Assembly: GCA_963805975.1 (NCBI GenBank) | Contig: CAWDVR010000002.1 | Span: 128,001-192,000 of the forward strand | From: an uncultured Acidobacteriota bacterium | GTDB lineage: Bacteria; Acidobacteriota; Thermoanaerobaculia; Multivoradales; SZUA-115 | Direction of reading: 5' to 3' | Length of the DNA stretch: 64,000 nucleotides | Part shown: one piece after another, positions 56,978-64,000 of the stretch | Layout of the letters: each line of letters starts with the position of its first letter | How positions within the stretch are numbered: position 1 is the first letter of the stretch | Program-made: the position numbers and the translations under genes | The notes under the pieces: generated by a model | The model's input: the letters and a program-made list of their open reading frames with translations, nothing else | The model's database searches: none | Told to the model about the DNA's origin: nothing

Positions 56978-58391
56978 CCGGCGACTTCGCTCCTTCGGCG
57001 AGCGCAAAGAGCTTGCTCGCCGTGACCACGTAGAGAACGCCGTCCTTCGCCACCGGCGCGGTGTAGACGGCGTTCCCGAGGTTGGTCTCGGCGAGCTTCT
57101 TCATCTCGCGGCCGGCGGCGAGCACCACCAGGTCGCCGTCCTCGTCGCCAAGATAGACCTTGCCGTCCGCCACCAGCGGCGAGCCCCACACGGCAGCAAA
57201 GGTGTCGTACTTCCACAGCAGCTTGCCAGTCTTGGCGTCCAAGGCGTGCAGGAAGCCGGCGAGGTCGGGCGCGTAGAGGACGCCGTCGGCGATGGCCACC
57301 GTCGAGAGCGTGGTCGCAAAGTCTTCGCCCCCCAGGCTCCAGGCGGCGCCTTTCTCCGTGACGTCGCCCTCGAGCGTGGCATCGATCGCCCACAGCCGGC
57401 CGTCGGTCGAGCCGTGCTCCGGATCGTGGCCCACGCCGACGTAGACCCGGTCGCCGTCGACCACGGGTGCGGCGACGATGGCGTCCTTGCCGCGTTCGCC
57501 ACCGGCGGCGGCCGGCCGGTTGGCGTCGAACTTCCACAACAGCTTGCCGGTCTCGGGCGCGAAGGCATAGACCCAGCCGTCACCGCCCGGGAAGACCACC
57601 TGCGGCCGGCCGGCAACCACGCCGAAGGCCGGGCTCCCCCACTGGCCGTCGTTCAAGTGGGCGCCCGGCGAGGCGTCGCTCCAGCGCAGCTTGCCGGTCG
57701 AACGATCCACGGCCACGAAGCTCGGCGCCTGCGGCGCCGCCACCTTGCGGCCCTCACCGGGACCATTGCTGGTCACGGCGAAGACCAGGTCGCCCACCAC
57801 CAGCGGCGAGGACGCGGTCATGAAGCGCGGTACCACGCCCAGCTCGCCGATCAGGTCGAGCTTCCAGACCACGTCCGCGTCCGTCGTCCCGGCAGCCGCC
57901 TCCTGCTTGAAGGGGCCATCGTTCTCGCCATCCCGGAAGCCTTCCAGGTCGACGGCCACCATCTCACCGCGGTTCGAGAGGTAATAGGCGCGGTCGCCCT
58001 CGATGGCGGGCGTCGAGCAGACCCCCTGGCCGGGCCAGTCCTGGGAGCGGCCGACGGCGAGCTTCTCGTGCACCGCCTGCCAGAGGTACGAGCCGTCCGC
58101 GGCGGCGAAGGCCATCACCACGCCGCGGTCGCCGGCCACCTTGGGATCGCGCGGCGCCTCGTTGTTGGTGCCCACCAGCACCTTGCCGCCGGCCACCACC
58201 GGCCCCGCGTAGGCCTCGCTCCCCAGCGCCGCCACCCACTTCACGTTGCTACCGGTAGCGAGGTCGAAGGAAGCGGGCAGGCCCTTCTCGTCCGAGACGC
58301 GGTTGCGAGACGGCGAAGAAGCCGGTGCCGGAAGGGTGACGAGGACCGCTACGGCTGCCACCAAGGCAATGGTTTTCTCCAGGCTTCTCAT
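56961..58391 (-). CDS. Secreted PQQ-like beta-propeller, paralogue of 44818-46341
   Basis: DWPGQGVCS, DLEGFRDGENDGPF, WGSPLVADGKVYLGDEDGD. Confidence 0.88.
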   Translation of the reverse strand: MRSLEKTIALVAAVAVLVTLPAPASSPSRNRVSDEKGLPASFDLATGSNVKWVAALGSEAYAGPVVAGGKVLVGTNNEAPRDPKVAGDRGVVMAFAAADGSYLWQAVHEKLAVGRSQDWPGQGVCSTPAIEGDRAYYLSNRGEMVAVDLEGFRDGENDGPFKQEAAAGTTDADVVWKLDLIGELGVVPRFMTASSPLVVGDLVFAVTSNGPGEGRKVAAPQAPSFVAVDRSTGKLRWSDASPGAHLNDGQWGSPAFGVVAGRPQVVFPGGDGWVYAFAPETGKLLWKFDANRPAAAGGERGKDAIVAAPVVDGDRVYVGVGHDPEHGSTDGRLWAIDATLEGDVTEKGAAWSLGGEDFATTLSTVAIADGVLYAPDLAGFLHALDAKTGKLLWKYDTFAAVWGSPLVADGKVYLGDEDGDLVVLAAGREMKKLAETNLGNAVYTAPVAKDGVLYVVTASKLFALAEGAKSPVTPGS

Positions 58392-58594
58392 CGACGCTGA
58401 ACCTCCCGCCGGGGGACTTCCCGAGCCGGCGCACAGCTTATGTCACCGAGCTGATCGAGCCTCGACGCGAGGATGTCAGCCGGGTAGAATCCACGCAGTT
58501 TTTGGCATCGTGACGAGTCGATCCGCGGGCTCCACCGAGCGGGCGAGTGCGCCGGGCGCTTCCGCCTGGCTGACGGTTCTTTGGAGGAAATGCC

Positions 58595-61083
58595 ATGAGT
58601 CCGAGACCCTGCATTTCGAGGTACGTGCGGCGAACGCTCGGTAACGCGGAGTGGGCCTGTGCCCTGGCGCTGGCCGGCTGGCTCGCCGGAGCGCCCGCCA
58701 CCCTCTGGGCGCAAGACCCGCCGCCGGCTGAGGAAGCGCAGGCGGCAGCCGAGGAAGAGGCTCCGCCGCAGGAGGTGGCGGAGGAGATCACTGTCACCTC
58801 CCGGCTCTTCGAGGAATCGATCCAGGACGTTCCGCTGTCGGTCGTCGCACCCAGCGGAGAAGTGCTCCGTGCGCGGGGCGCGGAGGACCTCGAGGGCATC
58901 GCCGCCAACGTGCCCGGCTTCACCGTGCAGAACCTCGGTCCGGGCCAGAGCCAGGTGGCCATGCGCGGCGTCTCGGCCGGTCAGATCGTCCGCGACCAGC
59001 CCGGCGTCAAGGAGCAGGTGGGCATCTATCTCGACGACTCCCCCATCTCGCTCTCGCTCTTCACTCCCGACATCGACCTCGTCGACATGGCGCGCGTCGA
59101 GGTGCTGCGTGGCCCCCAGGGCACGCTCTTCGGCTCGGGCTCGCTCTCCGGCACGGTGCGCTACATCACCAAGCAGCCCGAGCTCGGGCTCTCCGAGTCG
59201 TTCGCCGAGATCTCCGGCGGCGCGATCAGCGACGGTGAGATCGGCGGCAGCGTCAAGGCCGGGGCCAACGTGCCGCTGGGCGAGAACGCGGCGATGCGGG
59301 TGGTGGGCTATTACACCAAGTACGGCGGCTACATCGACGCGGTGCAGCCGGGTCTCGGGGTCAACGAGGACGTGAACGGCGGCGACCGCACGGGCGTGCG
59401 GCTGGCGCTCACCTTCCAGCCCAGCGAGCGGCTCACCATCACGCCGCGCGTCATCTACCAGGAAGTGGACATGGATGGCTGGAACCGCGTGGATGCCTTC
59501 AATATCCTCGGCAACCCGTTCACCACCTCGCGGCCGGCGGTGGACCTGGGCGAGCGCGAGCAGTTCACGCAGATCGAGGAGCCGTTCACCGACGAGTTCC
59601 TGCTCGCCGACCTCAAGATCGAGTACGACTTCGGCGGCCTGGTCCTGACCTCGATCACCTCCTACACCGACCGCGACGTGCTGGTGGTACGCGATGCCAC
59701 GGCCCTCACCGCCAGCATCAGCGGCGGCTCGATCGGTCAGCCGGAGAACGTCTACTCGATCGACGCCCCTCTCGACGATGCCACGCAGGCGCAAGGTGCT
59801 CACCCAGGAGGTGCGGCTGGCGGGCGGCGACGAAGGGCTCGAACTGGCTGGGCGGCATGTTCTACACCGACATGCAGCGCGAGTACGGCCAGAGCTTGTT
59901 CGTCGACGGGTTCGAAGCCCTCAACACTCTCGGCATCCGGACCCAGGGCCTGCGGGCCCCGCGGGACGTGCTGTTCTTCTCCGATCTCTCGTACGACTTC
60001 CAGCAGCTCGCCCTCTTCGGCGAGGCCACCTGGGCGGCCACCGACCGGCTCGACCTGACCGGCGGCCTGCGCTACTACGACTTCGAGGAAGATCGCGACC
60101 AGGTGTTCGACGGCATCTTCGCCCACGACAACACCGGCACCGCGTTGGTGTCGCAGCCGGGCTCCACCTCGGCCGACGGCTTCGCCCCGCGCCTCATCGC
60201 GAGCTACGAGCTCTCCGAGCGGACCCGGCTCAACGCCCAGGTGTCGAAGGGCTTCCGCCTCGGCGGCATCAACGACCCGCTGAACGTGCCGCTGTGCACG
60301 CCGGCCGACCGGGAGACTTTCGGCGGTCACGATACCTGGAACGACGAGGAGCTATGGAACTACGAAGTGGGCTCGAAGTCCACCGTGATGGGCGGCCGCG
60401 GCACCTTCAACGCCGCCGTCTACTACATGGACATCTCGGACCTGCAGGCCACGGTCACCGCCGGCACCTGCTCCTCCCGCGTGGTGTTCAACGTGCCCAA
60501 GGCGCGCAGCCAGGGAATCGAGCTCGAGTTCCAGGCGGCGCCCAACGAGAACTTCGACTTCGCCATCTCGGCCAGCTATGCCGACTCCGAGCTGCGGTCG
60601 ACCCTGACGTCGACCGATTCCAACGGCATTGTGACCGTGATCCCCGGAGTCGAGGCGGGCAACCGCCTGCCCACCGTGCCCAAGTTCCAGGCGGTGGCCG
60701 CGGCCACCTACCAGTGGCAGATGGGCAACAGCCGGCTGGGATACACGACCGGCACCTACCAGTACGTGGGCTCCCGCTTCACCCAGATCGGTGACCAGGC
60801 GGCCGGTTTCGGCACGGTGAACATGCTGACCTTCGCCGGCACCATCGGCGGCCCGCTCACCCAGGGTACCTTCACCTTCGACCCCGAGCTGCCGGCCTAC
60901 GACCTGGTCAACCTGCGCCTGGGCATGCTGGTGGGCAACTGGGACGCGGCGTTGTTCGTCAACAACGTCACCGACGAGCGCGCCCTGCTGGCCCTCGACC
61001 AGGAGCGCGGCACCCGGGCCCGCGTGGGCTTCCTCACCAACCAGCCGCGGACTTTCGGGCTGAGCGCCCGCGTGAGCTTCTGA
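58595..61083 (+). CDS. TonB-dependent receptor with two apparent +1 frameshifts (about 59790 and 59840)
   Basis: EEITVT TonB box, RVEVLRGPQGTLFG; the three frames join as DDATQA/KVLTQEVRL/NWLGGMFY; ends ARVSF. Confidence 0.88.
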
Positions 61084-61096
61084 AGACTTGAGCGCG

Positions 61097-61120
61097 GCGG
61101 CCGAGCGAGGGCTCGGCCGC
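61097..61120. terminator. Hairpin between convergent genes
   Basis: GCGGCCGAGC-GAGG-GCTCGGCCGC, 10-bp stem. Confidence 0.55.
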
Positions 61121-61665
61121 TAGCGCGACAGCGGCGCGCTCGAGACCGCTGCCGGCGGCTTGGGCGGCGCGGGGTTGGGGCGGTAGAGCGTCACCAGGCA
61201 GCCGCCCAGGGCGGCGAGCACGATGCCGGCGAAGAACTGCCAGCGCACGCTCCCCCAGCCCCCGGCCGGCGGGTGGAGCAGCACCGCCACCATCGCGTTG
61301 ACCACCGGCGCGCCCGCGAAGACGATCGACATCACCACCGCCGGCGTGCCCTTGGCGCCGAAGGCGAGCAGCACGCCGAAGGCGCCGATGGCCCCCACCG
61401 TGCCGGCGATGAGCGACCACCAGAGGCCGCTCGCAGGAAAGGTCCAGCTCGCGCCGCGGGCGGCGAGGAGCGCGAGCGGCGCCAGCACCGCGGTGATGAA
61501 GTAGGCGATGCCCACGAAGAGGAAGGCCTTGTAGCGGCCGTTGACCGCATCGCCCATGCCGAGCTGGCCATTGTGGAGAAAGATCCCGTACAGACCCCAC
61601 GCCGCCACCGTCAGCAGCGCGTAGATCAGCCACGCCATGCCCGCTCCCGAAGCGTCGCTCGCCAT
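61120..61665 (-). CDS. Small multi-TM protein, EamA/DMT-like (about 181 aa)
   Basis: About 5 TM segments; WGLYG, VMSIVFAGAPVVN. Confidence 0.75.
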   Translation of the reverse strand: MASDASGAGMAWLIYALLTVAAWGLYGIFLHNGQLGMGDAVNGRYKAFLFVGIAYFITAVLAPLALLAARGASWTFPASGLWWSLIAGTVGAIGAFGVLLAFGAKGTPAVVMSIVFAGAPVVNAMVAVLLHPPAGGWGSVRWQFFAGIVLAALGGCLVTLYRPNPAPPKPPAAVSSAPLSR

Positions 61666-61675
61666 GATCCCGTTC

Positions 61676-62074
61676 CTACGCCGGCACGTCGCCCTGGGCG
61701 GCGTCGTGGGCTTCGCGCAGGCGGGTGAGCTTGGCGAGGTGATCTCTCTGGGCGGCGACGGCCTGTTCGAGCACGCCGGCGGTGCCCGCATCCACGTCGC
61801 GGATCATCTTGGGGTAGAGGATGTCGTTCTCGTAGCTCTCCTCGGCGAGCGCGGCGCCGATGTCGAGCGCCGCGCCGCGCACCTGGCCGGCGGCCTCGAG
61901 CTGCGCCTGCGCCAGACCGTCCTTGGCCGTGGCGAGGTCCAGCCAGTGGAGCGCCAGGTTGGGGAAGCCGTCCGCCTGGGCGCGCGCCGCGTAGGCACGG
62001 AAGCGGGCGGCGCTGACCGCCTCGGCGGTGAAGGCGGTTTTCAGGTGCTCGAGCTGACGGGGTAGTCGCGACAC
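61676..62074 (-). CDS. Rubrerythrin-like ferritin-fold protein with degenerate iron ligands (about 132 aa)
   Basis: LKTAFTAEA..ARAQADGFPNLA; AEESYENDILYP. Confidence 0.75.
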   Translation of the reverse strand: MSRLPRQLEHLKTAFTAEAVSAARFRAYAARAQADGFPNLALHWLDLATAKDGLAQAQLEAAGQVRGAALDIGAALAEESYENDILYPKMIRDVDAGTAGVLEQAVAAQRDHLAKLTRLREAHDAAQGDVPA

Positions 62075-62338
62075 GGGAGCTTCTCCTCTCGCGGTGGCCG
62101 GAACAGGCCGGGATTCTATGCAACTGGCGGCAGCCGTGGAAGCGGCGCTCACAGAGCGGACAGGTCGCTTCGAGCTCCGAGCAGCCTGGGGAGGAGCGCA
62201 GCGTTACCCGCAGGGGGCGTCGAGCACCGCACCCAGGCCGCTCGGGGCTCGAGGCAACCTTGCCTCCCGCCCCCCGTAGTGTCACGCTAGTGGCCGGTGC
62301 GCGATGCCACCGGGCGAGACGGCTCGCCTTCCCCACCC

Positions 62339-64000
62339 ATGACCCGCCCCTCCATCCTGCGTGCTGCCGTCGTGGCGAGCGTTCTCCTCGCCACGGTGGG
62401 CGTGGCCGCGGCCGGCCTGCCCCTGCTGAGCTTCCTGGCCAAGGCCTTCCTGGTCGTCACCCTGCTCGCCTTCCTCACCTGGCTGGCGGCGAAGGCCTAC
62501 CAGGCTTTTCTCTGGAAGGTGGGCCGGCGGCTCACCTTCTCCTACTTCCTGATCGGCGTGGTGCCGATCCCGATGGTGGCGCTCCTCGCCGTCGGCACGG
62601 CCTACGTGCTCTCCACCTTCTTCCTCGGCCACCTCTACCGCGACGCTCTGGCCGATCTCCAGCACGCGCAGACCGAGGTCGCCGACTCCATGCTGGACAC
62701 CTTCGCCGCCCACCAGAAGCCGGGCGCCAGCTCGGCGGAAGGCTTCGCCTTCGACTACTACCGTCAGGGCAAGTGGGTGGGGGGAGCCGGCCTGGCCCCG
62801 GCCGCGTGGCCGGTCTGGCTGACCGCGGCACCGGCGGCGGAGAGCGGTTCGGGAGCGGCGGAGGTCGTCCACTACGTGCGCCGCGGGGAGCGAGCGCCGA
62901 CCCTGGCCGTGGCCGTCGAGCAAGGTGAGCTCGGCGTCGTCGTCACCTTCGAGGACGATGTCGCCGAGACCCTGCGCCGCCGCACCGGTGCCTGGGTGAC
63001 GCTCGACCAGAGCGGTGCCGAAGGCGAGGGGCCGCGCGTCGTCAAGATCGAGGACGAGGAGATCCGCATCCAACGGCGCCGGGGAAAAGGGTTGCGAAAG
63101 CTGCGGGACGACCCCGCCAGGACCGCCTTTTTCGAGGCGCAGGCCAAGGGCGACGGGTGGTGGGACCGGCCGACGATCGTCTGGGTCCAGGTGGCCGGGC
63201 CGGTCTACTCGCTCTCGACCGGCGAGGTGCTGAGCCGCGAGGTGGAGGCCATGGTGCAGGCCACGCCGCGCCTGCTGTCGCGCCAGCTCTTTGCCGTCAG
63301 CTCCGAGCTCAACACCGCTCTGTGGGCGGCGCTCGTGGGCGTGACCTTCGTGCTCTCGACCATCTATCTCTTCGCCGTGCTGGTGGCGCTCTACATGATC
63401 TTCGGCCTGTCGCGGGCCGTGAACCGCCTCTCGGCGGCGACGGGTGCGGTGCAGGCCGGCGATTTCTCCGTGCGCATCCCGGTGGGGCGCACCGACCAAG
63501 TGGGCGAGCTCCAGCGCTCCTTCAACCAGATGGCCTCCAACCTCGAGGGCCTGGTGGCCACCGCGGCGCAGAAGGAGGTGCTCGAAAAGGAGCTCGAGAT
63601 CGCGCGAGAGATCCAGGAGAGCCTGCTGCCCACCGACCTGCCGCAAGGCGAGGGAGTGGAGTTCGCGACCCTGTTCGAGCCCAGCGCGGCGATCGGCGGC
63701 GACTACTTCGACATCCTGCGGCTCGACGACCGGCGGCTGGCGGTGGTGATCGCCGACGTCTCCGGCCACGGCCTGCCCTCGGGGTTGCGCATGGCCATGC
63801 TCAAGGCCGCGCTGCTGATCCTGGTCGAAGAGGGGCAGGAGCCGGAGAGCATCCTCGAGCGGCTCGACCACCTGGTCCGCGCCCACGGCGGCCAGCGCTT
63901 CTTCGTCACCGCCACCCTGTCGCTGATCGACCTCGAGCTCGGCCGCCTGGACCTGACCAACGCCGGCCACCCGCCGACCTATCTGCTGCGCGGAGGTGAG
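62339..64000 (+). CDS. Membrane HAMP + SpoIIE/RsbU PP2C phosphatase (partial, runs off the window)
   Basis: Open frame from ATG 62339; TM segments; HAMP GDFSVRI..DQVGEL..FNQM; GGDYFD, IADVSGHG, NAGHPP. Confidence 0.9.
   Translation, partial: MTRPSILRAAVVASVLLATVGVAAAGLPLLSFLAKAFLVVTLLAFLTWLAAKAYQAFLWKVGRRLTFSYFLIGVVPIPMVALLAVGTAYVLSTFFLGHLYRDALADLQHAQTEVADSMLDTFAAHQKPGASSAEGFAFDYYRQGKWVGGAGLAPAAWPVWLTAAPAAESGSGAAEVVHYVRRGERAPTLAVAVEQGELGVVVTFEDDVAETLRRRTGAWVTLDQSGAEGEGPRVVKIEDEEIRIQRRRGKGLRKLRDDPARTAFFEAQAKGDGWWDRPTIVWVQVAGPVYSLSTGEVLSREVEAMVQATPRLLSRQLFAVSSELNTALWAALVGVTFVLSTIYLFAVLVALYMIFGLSRAVNRLSAATGAVQAGDFSVRIPVGRTDQVGELQRSFNQMASNLEGLVATAAQKEVLEKELEIAREIQESLLPTDLPQGEGVEFATLFEPSAAIGGDYFDILRLDDRRLAVVIADVSGHGLPSGLRMAMLKAALLILVEEGQEPESILERLDHLVRAHGGQRFFVTATLSLIDLELGRLDLTNAGHPPTYLLRGGE

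Overview
High-GC bacterial window, probably Acidobacteriota (Thermoanaerobaculia-like, inferred from a C-terminal FGDGFESADTSAWS tag and seven secreted PQQ-type beta-propellers). Four blocks. (1) 1-24.1 kb: two convergent, translationally coupled operons forming an uncharacterised vWA / tubulin-like / double-GTPase membrane system. It holds two or more exported vWA-TM proteins, a Tubulin_2/FtsZ-like GTPase, a degenerate membrane-anchored tubulin paralogue, a membrane-anchored catalytically dead Hrq1/YprA-type (DUF1998) helicase, a coiled-coil protein, two TRAFAC GTPases each followed by a GAP1-N-like partner, and a further vWA protein. (2) 24.4-26.3 kb: decayed IS remnants. (3) 26.4-48.6 kb (minus strand): a putative orphan biosynthetic or uptake cluster with a GriC/EhpF-like adenylase, GriD-like reductase, Fe-ADH, HemN-like radical SAM enzyme, flavin halogenase, GT4, SSS transporter, TonB receptor and four beta-propellers, interrupted by three paralogous secreted-protein genes. 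(4) 48.7-64 kb: a tandemly duplicated ankyrin + beta-propeller pair, CAP protein, AAC(6')-like GNAT, a sigma54 activator with UAS/IHF/-24-12 promoter driving a 6-Cys secreted peptide, a second TonB receptor, a membrane protein, a degenerate rubrerythrin and a partial HAMP-SpoIIE phosphatase. Four apparent +1 frameshifts may be sequencing errors. All family calls come from motif recognition by eye; no database searches were run.
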